DNA of 64,000 bases from an uncultured Gemmatimonadales bacterium. GTDB taxonomy: Bacteria > Gemmatimonadota > Gemmatimonadetes > Gemmatimonadales > Gemmatimonadaceae. Positions 31,233-44,018 of the stretch are shown here, in pieces. A program made the position numbers and the translations under genes. Position 1 is the first letter of the stretch; every line of letters starts with the position of its first letter. The stretch is taken from NCBI GenBank assembly GCA_963701965.1, contig OY969695.1:4960001-5024000 (forward strand), written 5' to 3'. The notes beneath the pieces were generated by a model. That model was not told the origin of the DNA. It searched no databases and saw only the letters and a list, made by a program, of their open reading frames with translations.

Positions 31233-32338
31233 GCAGCACGCCGGGGTTTCTGCTGTTGGAGGACGGATCAGTCTACGGCGGACGGCTGCGAACCGGTGCG
31301 CCTGACGCGGTGGCCGAGGTCGTGTTCACGACGAACATGACGGGATACCAAGAGGTGTTCACCGACCCTTCGTATCGCGGCCAGATCGTCGTGATGACGG
31401 CGCCGCAGATCGGGAACTACGGCGTGAACGCGGAAGATCCCGAATCGGCGCAACCGCAGATTTCCGGCGTGGTCGTACGCGAGCTCTCACCGACGTACTC
31501 GAACTGGCGGGCGACTGGTTCACTTGCCGACTGGTTAGCCGAGTCGCAAGTGCCTGTGCTGAGCGATGTTGACACAAGAAAGCTCACGCGGCACTTGAGG
31601 TCGCACGGGGTGATGCGCGGCGTGATTGGCGCTGGTGACCACCCGACGCCGGCGCTGGCGGCGGCGATCAAGGGCAGCCCTTCGATGGAGGGGCTCGACC
31701 TGGCGACCGTGGTGTCGACGCGCGCGCCCTACGTGTGGGGCGACCCACTCGCACCGCTCCACGTGGTCGCCTACGACTATGGGATCAAGCGCAATATTCT
31801 GCGGCTGCTGGACGCGCACGGCTGCCGCATTACGATCGTCCCGGCCGGGACGCCCGCGGCCGAGGTGTTGGCCATGGAGCCCGATGGGGTCTTCCTGTCC
31901 AATGGCCCCGGTGATCCGGCGGCGGTCGACTACGCCTCCAAGACGATCCGCGACATCGGCGATACGGGCATGCCGATATTCGGGATTTGCCTGGGCCACC
32001 AGCTGATCGGCCTCGCCTACGGGGCCGATACGTATAAGCTGCCGTTCGGTCACCATGGGGGAAATCACCCGGTTCGGGAGATCGACACCGGGCAGGTGAC
32101 GATCACATCGCAGAATCATGGGTTCGCCGTCCGGGGGTCCGACGCCGGCATCCCGGGCGCGCCCGACCTGCGTGTGACGCATGTGAATCTCAACGATCAG
32201 AGTATAGAAGGGCTGCGCCATCGGGAGCTGCCCGTGTTCGCGGTGCAGTACCACCCGGAGGCGGCGCCGGGTCCGCACGACGCGCGACCGCTGTTCGATG
32301 CTTTTATTCGTGCATGCAAGCGGCTTGACTTGCAGTAG
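31229..32338 (+). CDS. carA: carbamoyl-phosphate synthase small subunit
   Basis: [33 protein letters not shown]. Confidence 0.97.
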   Translation: MSSTPGFLLLEDGSVYGGRLRTGAPDAVAEVVFTTNMTGYQEVFTDPSYRGQIVVMTAPQIGNYGVNAEDPESAQPQISGVVVRELSPTYSNWRATGSLADWLAESQVPVLSDVDTRKLTRHLRSHGVMRGVIGAGDHPTPALAAAIKGSPSMEGLDLATVVSTRAPYVWGDPLAPLHVVAYDYGIKRNILRLLDAHGCRITIVPAGTPAAEVLAMEPDGVFLSNGPGDPAAVDYASKTIRDIGDTGMPIFGICLGHQLIGLAYGADTYKLPFGHHGGNHPVREIDTGQVTITSQNHGFAVRGSDAGIPGAPDLRVTHVNLNDQSIEGLRHRELPVFAVQYHPEAAPGPHDARPLFDAFIRACKRLDLQ

Positions 32339-32353
32339 GTAAAGTCCTATCGT
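32325..32353 (+). promoter_or_regulatory. sigma70-type promoter for the HU/IHF gene
   Basis: TTGACT-N17-TATCGT. Confidence 0.65.
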
Positions 32354-32413
32354 GGTGGAAGTTACGGAGTTCGCCTATGAGATACGGGATGCGGCCTATG
32401 CTGGGGTCCAACC

Positions 32414-32734
32414 ATGACCAAAGCTGACCTGGTCGAGCACGTCACGACACAGATTGCGCAAACTGCTGGGCCGATGATCTCCAAGAAAGATTGCGCCCGC
32501 GTAGTCGATTCGTTCCTCGACGCGATCAAGCAAGCGTTGCAGGAGCAGCGCAATATTGAAGTCCGGGGATTTGGGACGTTCAAGATCCGGCAGCGGAAAA
32601 CGCGCATGGCGCGGAATCCGCGCACGGGAGCGCCCGTCGAGGTCTCGGCGCGTCCCGTCCCGGTGTTCAAGCCGTCGAAAGAACTGCGCGCCATGGTTGC
32701 GCAAGTCGACATCTCGGAGTTGTCCGAGGCTTGA
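32414..32734 (+). CDS. hup: HU/IHF family DNA-binding protein
   Basis: MTKADLV, IEVRGFGTF, ARNPRTG, PVFKPSKEL. Confidence 0.95.
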   Translation: MTKADLVEHVTTQIAQTAGPMISKKDCARVVDSFLDAIKQALQEQRNIEVRGFGTFKIRQRKTRMARNPRTGAPVEVSARPVPVFKPSKELRAMVAQVDISELSEA

Positions 32735-32776
32735 ACCGCGCGATGGCGTAAGTCGGTTCGCGCACCAGAACTTCCC

Positions 32777-32814
32777 GAGCCCCCGAGGCGCTATCTTTCG
32801 CCACGGGGGCTTTT
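32777..32814 (+). terminator. GC-rich hairpin followed by TTTT (probable intrinsic terminator)
   Basis: gagcccccg-a-ggcg-ctatcttt-cgcc-a-cgggggct followed by ttt, ending 2 nt before the moaD ATG. Confidence 0.6.
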
Positions 32815-32816
32815 CC

Positions 32817-33056
32817 ATGACCGTAACCGTGCTATTGTTTGCGTCGTTCGCCGATGCGCTCGGTCGTTCGTCGATCAATGTCGTGGTCGCGCCAGGCGCC
32901 ACAGTGGGCGACGTCGTCAACCAAGTGAACGCCGCGGGCTCGGGGCGTCTCCCTCCGCATCCTTTGGTCGCGCTGAACGCCGAGTACGCCAACTACGCGT
33001 CGCCGGTCCACGCGGGCGACGAACTAGCGCTCATTCCGCCGGTCGCCGGGGGATGA
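32817..33056 (+). CDS. moaD: molybdopterin synthase sulfur carrier
   Basis: VLLFA..., ALNAEY, C-terminal IPPVAGG. Confidence 0.95.
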   Translation: MTVTVLLFASFADALGRSSINVVVAPGATVGDVVNQVNAAGSGRLPPHPLVALNAEYANYASPVHAGDELALIPPVAGG

Positions 33057-33495
33057 CGATGAACCGCACTGCGATCGTGACGTGTCCGATCGACACCGCC
33101 CGCTTAATAGCCGAGGTCGCTGACCCGGCGATGGGCGCGACGACATTGTTCGTCGGGACGGTGCGGGAGACGAACGAAGGGCGCGCGGTCACGGGGATCG
33201 AATACTCGGCGTACACGGCCATGGCCGAGCGCGAGCTGGCCGCGATTGGCGGGGAAGCCGCACGGCGCTTCGCGCCGCTGCGCCTGGCGGTCGAGCATCG
33301 TGTTGGCGAGTTGACGGTGGGCGATGTGAGCGTGGCGATCGCGGCGGCGCACGCGCATCGGGCCGAGGCCATCGAGGGTATGCGTTTCGTGATCGAAGAG
33401 CTCAAGCGGCGCGTGCCGATCTGGAAGCGCGAGCAGTATGTCAATGGCACGCGGGAGTGGGTCGATGCCACGACCCGTGCTGCCGAGGCGGTGCG

Positions 33496-33499
<4 letters not shown>
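33053..33499 (+). CDS. moaE: molybdopterin synthase catalytic subunit
   Basis: FVGTVR, EHRVGEL, AHRAEA, LKRRVPIWKRE. Confidence 0.95.
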
Positions 33500-35425
<1,926 letters not shown>

Positions 35426-35429
35426 GGCG

Positions 35430-36083
35430 ATGGGGATCGCGCAGTTCTGGGCGTCCACGGTCGGGAAAAAAATCGTGATGGCGGTGACGGGGCTGATCAT
35501 GATCGGCTTCCTGGTCACGCACGTCGCCGCCAATCTCCTCGCGTTTCTGGGGCCTGAGCACATCAACGCCTATTCGGCGTTCCTCCATGCCGTCCCCGAG
35601 ATCCTGTGGCCGGCGCGGGCGGTACTCCTCGTCTCGGTCGTGCTCCATGTGATCGCGGCGGTGCAACTCACCGCCATCGATCGGGCGGCCCGCCCCGCGG
35701 CGTACGTGAAGCATCGGCATCAGGCCGCGACGTTCGCCTCCCGCACCATCCGCTGGGGCGGCCTGCTGTTGTTGGTGTTCATCCTCTATCACCTCTTGCA
35801 CATGACGTTGGGGACCGTGCACCCGGCGTTCACGCCGCACGACCCGTATCGGAACATCGTGACGGGGCTCGCGGTGCGCTGGGTGGCGGGCTTCTACGTC
35901 GTGGCCATGATCGCTTTGGGCCTGCACCTGTATCACGGCACGTGGGCCTCGGTGCGCACGCTGGGGGTGCAGCCGCCCAGTGCGGATCCGCTCCGCCGGC
36001 GGTTGGTGACGCTCTTCGCCATTTTGGTGGCCGGCGGATTCGCGGCGATCCCGATCGCGGTGGTCTTCGGGGTCATCCGCTGA
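35430..36083 (+). CDS. sdhC: succinate dehydrogenase cytochrome b558 subunit
   Basis: [13 protein letters not shown]; five TM helices with conserved His; precedes sdhA. Confidence 0.93.
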   Translation: MGIAQFWASTVGKKIVMAVTGLIMIGFLVTHVAANLLAFLGPEHINAYSAFLHAVPEILWPARAVLLVSVVLHVIAAVQLTAIDRAARPAAYVKHRHQAATFASRTIRWGGLLLLVFILYHLLHMTLGTVHPAFTPHDPYRNIVTGLAVRWVAGFYVVAMIALGLHLYHGTWASVRTLGVQPPSADPLRRRLVTLFAILVAGGFAAIPIAVVFGVIR

Positions 36084-38005
36084 TGGTCACGCTCAACGCC
36101 AAGTCGCCGTCGGGCCCCCTCGAGCAGAAGTGGGACAGCCACAAGTTCGAGATGAAGCTGGTCAATCCGGCGAACAAGCGGAAATACACCGTCATCGTCG
36201 TCGGGACGGGACTCGCCGGCGGATCGGCGGCCGCGACCCTGGCCGAGTTGGGCTATCGCGTCGTCTGTCTGTGCTTCCACGACAGTCCACGGCGGGCGCA
36301 CAGCATCGCGGCGCAGGGCGGCATCAACGCCGCAAAGAACTATCAGAACGACGGCGACAGTATCTATCGCCTGTTCTACGACACGATCAAGGGCGGGGAT
36401 TTCCGCTCCCGCGAGGCGAACGTCTATCGTCTCGCCCAGGTGAGCGTCAACATCATCGACCAGTGTGTGGCGCAGGGCGTACCGTTCGCCCGCGAGTACG
36501 GCGGCCTCCTCGCCAATCGCTCGTTCGGTGGCGCGCAGGTGTCGCGCACGTTCTACGCGCGGGGGCAGACCGGTCAGCAGCTCCTCCTGGGCGCCTATCA
36601 GGCGCTGGAGCGACAGATCGCGCGCGGGGCGGTCGAGATGCATCCCCACACCGAGATGCTCGATGTCGTGGTCGCCGATGGCCGGGCGCGGGGCATCGTC
36701 GCCCGGCATGTGCTCACCGGCGAAATCATCTCCATCGCCGGCGACGCCGTCGTGTTGGCCACGGGCGGCTACGGCAACGTCTTCTTTCTCTCCACCAACG
36801 CCAAGGGATCGAACGCGACGGCCATCTGGCGCGCCTACAAGCGGGGCGCGGCCTTCGCCAACCCGTGCTTCACCCAGATCCATCCCACATGCATCCCGGT
36901 GAGCGGCGACTACCAGTCGAAGCTCACACTCATGAGCGAGTCGCTCCGCAACGACGGGCGCGTCTGGGTGCCGAAGCAAAACGGTGACCGGCGGGCGCCG
37001 GGCGCGATTCCCGAGAGCGAGCGCGATTACTACCTGGAGCGGAAATACCCGAGCTTCGGCAATCTCGCGCCCCGCGACATCGCGTCGCGGAGCGCGAAGG
37101 AAGTGTGCGACGAGGGTCGGGGCGTCGGCGAGACCGGCCTCGGCGTCTACCTCGACTTCGCCGATGCCATCAAGCGCCTGGGCGAGCAAGCGATCCGGGA
37201 CCGGTACGGCAATCTGTTCGACATGTACCAACGGATCACTGGTGAGAATCCGTACCAGGTGCCGATGCGCATCTACCCGGCCGTCCACTATACGATGGGC
37301 GGCCTCTGGGTGGACTATAATCTCATGACCACGGTCCCAGGGCTGCACGCGATTGGGGAGGCCAACTTCTCCGACCACGGAGCGAATCGCCTCGGCGCCA
37401 GCGCGCTGATGCAGGGTCTGGCCGACGGATATTTCGTCTTGCCGTACACGATGGGGGACTATCTCGCCTCGGCAAAACTGGAGCGCGTCGACACCACGCA
37501 CGCAGCCTTCCGCGAGGCCGAGGCCAGCGTCCGGTCGCGGATCGCGAAGCTGATCGGGATCAAGGGCAAGCGCACCGTGGACTCGTTTCACCGCGAGCTC
37601 GGCAAGGTGATGTGGGACCTGTGCGGGATGTCCCGCAACGCCGCGGGGCTCAACCGGGCGCTGACGCTCATCCCGCAGATCCGCGAGGAGTTCTGGAGCA
37701 ACGTGCTCGTGCCCACCACGGGCGACACGGTGGCGTTCAACCAGGAACTGGAAAAGGCCGGGCGGGTGGCCGACTTCCTGGAGCTGGCGGAGCTCATGGC
37801 GCGGGACGCGCTGCACCGCTCGGAGTCCTGCGGCGGGCACTTTCGCGAGGAGAGTCAAACGCCCGACGGTGAGGCGCTGCGCGACGACGCCCACTTCGCG
37901 TACGTGGCGGGTTGGGAGTATGCGGGCGACGCCAACGCGCCGGTCCTCAACCAGGAACCGCTGACGTTCGAGGCCGTCCACCTGAGCCAGCGGAGCTACA
38001 AGTAA
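36083..38005 (+). CDS. sdhA: succinate dehydrogenase flavoprotein
   Basis: [44 protein letters not shown]. Confidence 0.98.
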   Translation: MVTLNAKSPSGPLEQKWDSHKFEMKLVNPANKRKYTVIVVGTGLAGGSAAATLAELGYRVVCLCFHDSPRRAHSIAAQGGINAAKNYQNDGDSIYRLFYDTIKGGDFRSREANVYRLAQVSVNIIDQCVAQGVPFAREYGGLLANRSFGGAQVSRTFYARGQTGQQLLLGAYQALERQIARGAVEMHPHTEMLDVVVADGRARGIVARHVLTGEIISIAGDAVVLATGGYGNVFFLSTNAKGSNATAIWRAYKRGAAFANPCFTQIHPTCIPVSGDYQSKLTLMSESLRNDGRVWVPKQNGDRRAPGAIPESERDYYLERKYPSFGNLAPRDIASRSAKEVCDEGRGVGETGLGVYLDFADAIKRLGEQAIRDRYGNLFDMYQRITGENPYQVPMRIYPAVHYTMGGLWVDYNLMTTVPGLHAIGEANFSDHGANRLGASALMQGLADGYFVLPYTMGDYLASAKLERVDTTHAAFREAEASVRSRIAKLIGIKGKRTVDSFHRELGKVMWDLCGMSRNAAGLNRALTLIPQIREEFWSNVLVPTTGDTVAFNQELEKAGRVADFLELAELMARDALHRSESCGGHFREESQTPDGEALRDDAHFAYVAGWEYAGDANAPVLNQEPLTFEAVHLSQRSYK

Positions 38006-38778
38006 TGGACTTGGTCTTGCACGTGTGGCGGCAACCCAAGCCGGACGCGCCAGGGAAGATGGTCGAGTATCCCGCCAATGGCATCAGCAGCGATGCGTCG
38101 TTCCTGGAGATGCTCGACATCGTGAACCAGCGGCTGATCGTGAGCGGTCTCGACCCGATCGCGTTCAGCCACGACTGTCGCGAAGGCATCTGCGGCTCGT
38201 GCTCCCTGATGATCAACGGCGTGCCGCACGGGCCGGCCCGGGGCACCGCGACGTGCCAGCTGCACATGCGCTCGTTCAAGCACGGGGACCACATCTACAT
38301 CGAGCCCTGGCGCGCGGCGGCCTTTCCCGTCATCAAGGATCTGGTGACCGATCGGGGCGCGCTGGATCGGGTCATCCAGGCCGGTGGATACATCACGGCG
38401 AACACGGGCGGGGCCCGGGATGCGAATGACATCCTCGTCCCCAAACAGGACGCTGACGAGGCGATGGACGCGGCGGCGTGCATCGGGTGTGGTGCGTGCG
38501 TCGCGGCCTGTCCGAATGGATCGGCCTCGCTGTTCACCGCGGCCAAGGTCTCGCACCTGGGGGTCTTGCCCCAGGGACAGCCCGAACGCGATCGCCGCGT
38601 GCTGTCCATGGTCGCCCAGATGGACCGCGAGCATTTCGGGGCCTGCACGCTCCACGGCGAGTGTCAGGAAGCGTGTCCGAAATCGATCAGCATTGATGTC
38701 ATCTCGCGGATGAACCGGGACTACTTGCGCGCCAGTCTCACGCAGCGGCCCGAGCGCGAGAGCGCCGGGGTCGGCTAG
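38005..38778 (+). CDS. sdhB: succinate dehydrogenase iron-sulfur subunit
   Basis: [33 protein letters not shown]. Confidence 0.97.
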   Translation: MDLVLHVWRQPKPDAPGKMVEYPANGISSDASFLEMLDIVNQRLIVSGLDPIAFSHDCREGICGSCSLMINGVPHGPARGTATCQLHMRSFKHGDHIYIEPWRAAAFPVIKDLVTDRGALDRVIQAGGYITANTGGARDANDILVPKQDADEAMDAAACIGCGACVAACPNGSASLFTAAKVSHLGVLPQGQPERDRRVLSMVAQMDREHFGACTLHGECQEACPKSISIDVISRMNRDYLRASLTQRPERESAGVG

Positions 38779-38788
38779 GACTCGGACG

Positions 38789-38896
38789 ATGGCCGGGGAT
38801 CCGCCGGAGCGCGCGAAAATGCCCTGGCTCGCGTGGGTCGTCGTCGCGCTCGCGGTCGTCTTCACGATCGCCTACGGCCTTGGGGTCAATCGCTGA
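38789..38896 (+). CDS. putative 35-aa single-TM small protein (not in ORF track)
   Basis: MAGDPPERAKMPWLAWVVVALAVVFTIAYGLGVNR*. ATG lies 10 nt after the sdhB stop with AGGA upstream, and the stop overlaps the next gene's start. Confidence 0.6.
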   Translation: MAGDPPERAKMPWLAWVVVALAVVFTIAYGLGVNR

Positions 38897-39744
38897 CCGC
38901 GATCATCATTGCCCTCGTCGGGGCCGGCGTCTACGGGGCCGGCGATTTTCTCGGCGGGCTGGCGAGCCGTCGCTCCTCGTGGCTGCCGGTCACCATCTTC
39001 GCGGAGCTCATCGGGCTCGCGCCGTTGCTGCTTGCCATCGTGGCCTTGGGCTCGCCACTGCCGTTACCGCGGGATGCGCTCATCGGTGGCGCGGCCGGCA
39101 TTGTGGGGGCGGCGGGGATCGGTCTCCTGTATCGCGGACTGGGCGCGGGGACCATGAGTATCGTCGCGCCGATCACCGCGGTGTGCGCGACGGCGATTCC
39201 GGTGCTGGCGGGCCTGGCATTTGGCGAACGTCCGGGGACGCTGGCCCTCGCCGGGATCGGCGTCGCCATCGCCGCCATCGTACTCATCAGCCAACCGCAC
39301 GCGTCCGCGACGGGCACCGGGACTGCATCCGTGCGCGCCAGCGTGCAGACCGCGCTCGGTTCCGGCGTGTGCTTGGCGGGCTTCCTGATCCTCATGAGCC
39401 GGGCGCAGAGCGGTGGGCTCTGGCCGCTCTTCGTCTCCCGCGTCGTTGCGACGACCGCGCTGGCGGTGCTGGCCATCGGATCGCGCCGGGCGCTCCTTCC
39501 GCCGCGTCCGACGTGGACGATCGCGGGGTGGTGCGGGTTCTTCGACGCGATGGGCACGATCTGCTACGTACTCGCCGTGCGCCAAGGCTCGCTCGGCGTC
39601 GTGGCAACGCTCATCGCGCTCTACCCGGTGTCGACGCTGATCCTCGCCCGCGCGGTGCTCGGTGAACGGCTGCGGCGGCGGCAGATGGTCGGTCTCGCCT
39701 GCGCCGCGGCGGCGGTCGCCTTGATTACTTCCGCGAAACCGTGA
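38893..39744 (+). CDS. EamA/DMT family transporter
   Basis: YGAGDFLGG, MSIVAPIT, GERP, LYPVSTLILARAVLGERL; about 10 TM; inferred CTG start. Confidence 0.9.
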   Translation: MTAIIIALVGAGVYGAGDFLGGLASRRSSWLPVTIFAELIGLAPLLLAIVALGSPLPLPRDALIGGAAGIVGAAGIGLLYRGLGAGTMSIVAPITAVCATAIPVLAGLAFGERPGTLALAGIGVAIAAIVLISQPHASATGTGTASVRASVQTALGSGVCLAGFLILMSRAQSGGLWPLFVSRVVATTALAVLAIGSRRALLPPRPTWTIAGWCGFFDAMGTICYVLAVRQGSLGVVATLIALYPVSTLILARAVLGERLRRRQMVGLACAAAAVALITSAKP

Positions 39745-41527
39745 TGGGCTGAATCACAACTTGCTTGACGGGGCAAGAGCCGATGACCGCGGGGCGAAAC
39801 CGCAGCTGGGGTAACGCGCGGGCCACGTTCCAGGCGAAGCCGTCAGGCGCGTGCCCCACGACGCGCAGCGTTGCCGGGAGGGGTTGTCCCTGTTCATCGA
39901 CGACGAACTGGAATGTGCCGCTCCCCAGCGGCAAAGGCGGCAACGGGGCGTCGGGATCGATGCTCGCCTTCCGGGCCAGGTGCCACGCCGGAACCGTGAC
40001 GCGGGCGAGAGTGACGGACCAGGCATTGACCGGAGGCTGGACGGAGGATACCGACAGCGCGAACTGGCCGGCGATGCCACGCCCAAACGCGCGCGCGGCG
40101 GCGGCCTGTCTGAGCGACGCGACGAGAACGCTGTCGGTGACGGGCGACAGTGATGTGGTGACCACGCGCACGTCAGACAGGTGCCCTCCCGTGTCGACCG
40201 TAAATGCCACCTCGCCGGTGAGTGTGGGGAGCAGCGTCGATCCCTTGTCGCTGTCGTCCGCGTTGGCGTAGACCGGCAGCGCTACTTTGTCCGGGAGATG
40301 AAACGCCCGCTGGATAGCCTGCAGCATGCGCGTGCCTGCCGCCTCGCCGAGGGCCCGGGCCCGCTGGGCGACAAGGGTGCCGTAGACGAGAATGTTGGTG
40401 GTGTCGATCGCTGTGGGAATGGCGCAAGCCTTGGCGACCGGCGCGGTTTGGGTGACCACGGGCGATGGCGGCGAGACGTCGTCCACGATCGGCGTGTGAT
40501 CGATGAGCCGGTCCTCCTCCATCTCGACCCGAGTCAGCGCGGTGGTAGAGGGGAAGCGCCGCGCGAAGCCAGCGGGTTGCTCGCCGGTCAAGGAGTCGGC
40601 GATGGGCACCAGTGGCAGGACCTCGGTGAACGTGGTCGTCACCGTGAACGCCAGGACGGGAGGGCGCAGGCGGTCGGGGCGCGTGAGGCGGAAGACCGCG
40701 CGCCGGGCGATATACCGGCTGGCGTCGAGATATACGGACCCCTCGACGTCCGGCGTCGCGATGTGGTTCGCGGGCTCGAAGTCGATCCGGATTTCGCCGC
40801 GCACGGTGCCCCTGTAGGCCATGCAGTGGGTATCCAGGAACGCCGGGTCGCCCAGCTCGCCGAATGTCGGCAGGTTCATCTTCCGCACGACTTTCCCATG
40901 ACTGTCGGTGTCGGTGTAGACGACATCACCCGTCACGTACGGACGCCGGGCCCGGCTCTCATAGGCGACCGTATCGAAGGTGCTGGTGCTGTCCTCCGTG
41001 TTACCGATGCGCACGAAGTGATGCTCGGCGCGGCGAAAATGAAACGGGTAGCTGGCGAGCACCAGCCGATAGCGGTCGACATTCTCCCGCAGTTGGTCGA
41101 ATACCTCGGCGAGCCGCGGACTGGCTCGCCGATCGGGGATGCCGGTCGCGACGCAGCCGTGGTTGCGGCGGGCAGTCACGGGCACCGTGGCCAGTCGAAG
41201 GGCAAGCGGCGACAGTCGCAGGCGGACGGCGTTGGGCCCGGCGACGACCGTGATCGTCGTATCGACCGGCGAGTAGCCGATCTGTCGGGCTTGCAGGCGA
41301 TAGGTGCCGGTGCCCGGCGCTCGGAGACTGAACTGGCCTTCAGCATTGGCGAAGCGGGCGCTGTCGCCGAGCACGATGGTCGCAAATGGAATGGGCTGGC
41401 TGTCAGCAGCCGACAGCAACACTCCCGAGACCGTCTGCTGGGCCCCGGCGCCCTCCCCAACGGTGGCCGCGACCATCGCGACCACCCAGATCCTGGTATG
41501 TGCCCTTCGTGTCTTTGTACGAGACAT
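39725..41527 (-). CDS. secreted protein: carboxypeptidase-regulatory-like domain + central domain + two TonB-C-terminal-like domains (paralogue A)
   Basis: Signal peptide ending [37 protein letters not shown]...RFRPA..CPVKQ. Start uncertain (41575/41527/41476). Confidence 0.7.
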   Translation of the reverse strand: MSRTKTRRAHTRIWVVAMVAATVGEGAGAQQTVSGVLLSAADSQPIPFATIVLGDSARFANAEGQFSLRAPGTGTYRLQARQIGYSPVDTTITVVAGPNAVRLRLSPLALRLATVPVTARRNHGCVATGIPDRRASPRLAEVFDQLRENVDRYRLVLASYPFHFRRAEHHFVRIGNTEDSTSTFDTVAYESRARRPYVTGDVVYTDTDSHGKVVRKMNLPTFGELGDPAFLDTHCMAYRGTVRGEIRIDFEPANHIATPDVEGSVYLDASRYIARRAVFRLTRPDRLRPPVLAFTVTTTFTEVLPLVPIADSLTGEQPAGFARRFPSTTALTRVEMEEDRLIDHTPIVDDVSPPSPVVTQTAPVAKACAIPTAIDTTNILVYGTLVAQRARALGEAAGTRMLQAIQRAFHLPDKVALPVYANADDSDKGSTLLPTLTGEVAFTVDTGGHLSDVRVVTTSLSPVTDSVLVASLRQAAAARAFGRGIAGQFALSVSSVQPPVNAWSVTLARVTVPAWHLARKASIDPDAPLPPLPLGSGTFQFVVDEQGQPLPATLRVVGHAPDGFAWNVARALPQLRFRPAVIGSCPVKQVVIQPITVSRK

Positions 41528-41546
41528 CGGGCGACTCCGAGCCTCG
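41491..41546 (-). repeat. diverged copy of the dcd 3' end
   Basis: 44/56 nt identical by hand alignment to 43396..43451. Translates RGSESPDVSYKDTKGTYQ versus dcd [18 protein letters not shown]. Confidence 0.85.
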
Positions 41547-41581
41547 ACCACGTCGCGCGCAATAGCAAAGTACACTGATGA

Positions 41582-43486
41582 TCACGGGTGCTCCAGCGTT
41601 TGACGCAACACCTGCTTGACCGGACACGCGCCGATGATGGCCGGGGTGAACCGTATCCGTGGAAGTGCGCGCTGGATGCTGTCCGCGAAGCTCGGGGACG
41701 TCTTGCCGACGACACGCAGGGTGAGGGGCACGGCGCTCCCGTGCTCGTCGACGACGACCTCGAACGCACCCCGTCCAGTGTTGAGAGCGCTCAAATGAGA
41801 CGTCGAATCGAGCTGCGCCCTTCGAGCGAAGTGCCAGGAGGGCACGCGGAGGCGGGTGAAGACGCCCGACCACTCGTCAGGGCCCGGCTCCGCCGACGAC
41901 AGCGAGAGTCGAAACTGACCCGCCGTGGTCGGAGAGAACGTCTTGGAGCCCTCGGCCTTCCGTACGGCGGCAACGAGCGCCGAATCCACCACGGGGGACA
42001 ACGAGGTCGCGTCGACGGTGACGTTGGCGACTCTGCCCGTCCGGTCGACGGTGAAGGTCACCTCGCCGCTCAGCGTTGGGTGGAGCGTGGCCCCGTTGGC
42101 GTCATCGGCGGCATCGGCGAAGACCGGGAACTCCACCTCGCTCGGCAGCTGAAATGCCTGGAGCAAGCCGTCCAGCATGCGGCGCGCCGTCGCCTCGTGA
42201 AGTGGCGTGCCGGTGCCAGCGACGAGCGTGCCGTAGATCAGGATGCCCGCCGTGTCGATGGGCGTTGGGGTGGCGCAGGCGCCGGGCGCCGTGGAGGCGA
42301 GCGCGGTGCGGGCGAGTATCGCCGAGGACGCCGCCGGTTCCACACCAATCGGATCGTGATCGAGTAGTTGGTCGTCGGTAATGGAGACACGCGCCCGTGG
42401 CGCCACGAATGCGGTTCGGACCGTGAACGCTAGCGTCTGTTCGGTGACGGCGTGGTCGGCGAGCGGCACCAGCGGCAGCGCTTCGACGAACGTCGTGGTC
42501 AACGTAAATGCGATGACCGGGGGGTGGACGCGACTTGGGTGGGTCAGCCCAAACACCGCCCGCGTGACGACGTAGCGCCGACTATCCAGATAGACCGATC
42601 CGTCGACATCCGGAGATTTGATACTGTCCGCTGGAGTGAAATCGATGCGGATCTCGTTCTTCGCCGTCCCGCCGTACGTGAAGCAGTGCGCGGACTGGAA
42701 GGCGGACTCGGCCAGTGCGTCGAACGTCGGGAGGTATATGACATTCGAGACGGCACCGATGCTGTTCGTATCGACCGACACGACATGGCCTACCCGGTAG
42801 GCCCGGTGCGCGCGGCTATCGTAGCGCACCGTATCGACGGACAGCGTCGAGTCCTCCACCTGGCCGTTCCGTCCCGTCTCCGTCGTGCGGATGAACCGGT
42901 TCTCGACGAGGCGATAATGGAATGGGTAGGCGTCGAGCAGGAGGCGATAGCGGGCGACGCTTTCCCGCAGTTGCTCGAAGACGGCGGCCATTCGCGGGTC
43001 TCCGGCCGCCCGCGGGATCCCGGTCGCCACACAGCCCTTGTTGCGTTGGGCAGCGACCGATACGGTGGCGAGCTGGAGTGCCAGGGGCGTCAGGCGGAGC
43101 TCGATCGGGGTGAGCGCCGCACCGACGGTAATCGCGGTGTCGACCGGCGTGAATCCGATCTGGCGCGCTTGGAGCCGATAGCTCCCGGGCCCGGGGGACC
43201 GGACCGTGAACTTACCGCTGGAGTCGGCGAATACCGCGTGCCCACCCAGGACGACGGTCGCGTACGGGACGGGCTGGGCGTCCGCGGCGGAGAGAAGCCG
43301 GCCGCGGATCTCTTGTGCGGAGGCGGCGCCGGCCAGCAGAAGGCCGGCGCCGAGTGCCAGGATGCTACAACTTCGGCAGCGTGACGCCCTGCTGTCCCTG
43401 GTACTTGCCCTTTTTGTCCTTGTACGACACTTCCGGTGGCTCGGAGCCTCGGAAGAACAGCACCTGCGCGATGCCTTCATTGGCAT
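41582..43486 (-). CDS. secreted protein, same architecture (paralogue B); 5' end overlaps dcd
   Basis: Collinear with paralogue A ([39 protein letters not shown]). Hydrophobic [18 protein letters not shown]; start uncertain. Confidence 0.7.
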   Translation of the reverse strand: MPMKASRRCCSSEAPSHRKCRTRTKRASTRDSRASRCRSCSILALGAGLLLAGAASAQEIRGRLLSAADAQPVPYATVVLGGHAVFADSSGKFTVRSPGPGSYRLQARQIGFTPVDTAITVGAALTPIELRLTPLALQLATVSVAAQRNKGCVATGIPRAAGDPRMAAVFEQLRESVARYRLLLDAYPFHYRLVENRFIRTTETGRNGQVEDSTLSVDTVRYDSRAHRAYRVGHVVSVDTNSIGAVSNVIYLPTFDALAESAFQSAHCFTYGGTAKNEIRIDFTPADSIKSPDVDGSVYLDSRRYVVTRAVFGLTHPSRVHPPVIAFTLTTTFVEALPLVPLADHAVTEQTLAFTVRTAFVAPRARVSITDDQLLDHDPIGVEPAASSAILARTALASTAPGACATPTPIDTAGILIYGTLVAGTGTPLHEATARRMLDGLLQAFQLPSEVEFPVFADAADDANGATLHPTLSGEVTFTVDRTGRVANVTVDATSLSPVVDSALVAAVRKAEGSKTFSPTTAGQFRLSLSSAEPGPDEWSGVFTRLRVPSWHFARRAQLDSTSHLSALNTGRGAFEVVVDEHGSAVPLTLRVVGKTSPSFADSIQRALPRIRFTPAIIGACPVKQVLRQTLEHP

Positions 43487-43919
43487 AGATCTTCGCGGGT
43501 AGCGGCGTCGTATTCGAGATTTCGAGAGTGACGAAACCTTCCCACTCCGGCTCGAACGGTGTCACATTTGTGATGATGCCACAGCGAGCATAGGTCGACT
43601 TCCCGACACAGATAGTGACCACATCGCGCGGGATGCGGAAGTACTCCACCGACCGGGCGAGCGCGAATGAGTTCGGCGGAACGATGCAGACGTTGCCCTC
43701 GAACGTCACGAAGGACTGCGGGTCGAAGTTCTTCGGGTCGACGATCGAGTTCATGACGTTGGTGAAGATCCGGAACTCGCTCGCCACACGCATGTCGTAG
43801 CCGTAGGAGCTGACGCCGTAGGAGATGACGCCGGCACGGATTTGGCGCCCCTCAAACGGCTCGATCATCCCGTGCTCGGTCGCCATGCGGGTGATCCACC
43901 GATCGGACTGGATAGTCAT
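43365..43919 (-). CDS. dcd: dCTP deaminase
   Basis: [42 protein letters not shown]. Confidence 0.97.
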   Translation of the reverse strand: MTIQSDRWITRMATEHGMIEPFEGRQIRAGVISYGVSSYGYDMRVASEFRIFTNVMNSIVDPKNFDPQSFVTFEGNVCIVPPNSFALARSVEYFRIPRDVVTICVGKSTYARCGIITNVTPFEPEWEGFVTLEISNTTPLPAKIYANEGIAQVLFFRGSEPPEVSYKDKKGKYQGQQGVTLPKL

Positions 43920-43977
43920 GGGCGCGAATTGTAGGCGCTGCATGAAGCGAGCGCCACCGCCCGTGGGTCCACGGGCG

Positions 43978-44006
43978 TTGAAATCGTTCCGCCCGGTGGG
44001 TAAGTT
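43978..44006 (+). promoter_or_regulatory. sigma70-type promoter for the nuo operon
   Basis: TTGAAA-N17-TAAGTT. Confidence 0.6.
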
Positions 44007-44018
44007 CGAGAGGTTACC

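Noticed and set aside
32735..32816. Moco riboswitch upstream of moaDEA
   Set aside because: The 82-nt spacer looks too short and I could not recognise the motif; an Rfam scan would be needed.
35933..37981. Long antisense ORFs (here and opposite pepA, nuoFG, nuoN, UPF0182)
   Set aside because: Expected from stop-codon scarcity at high GC; no recognisable motifs.
39725..43486. Diversity-generating retroelement between the paralogues
   Set aside because: No reverse transcriptase in the window and the differences are not adenine-specific.
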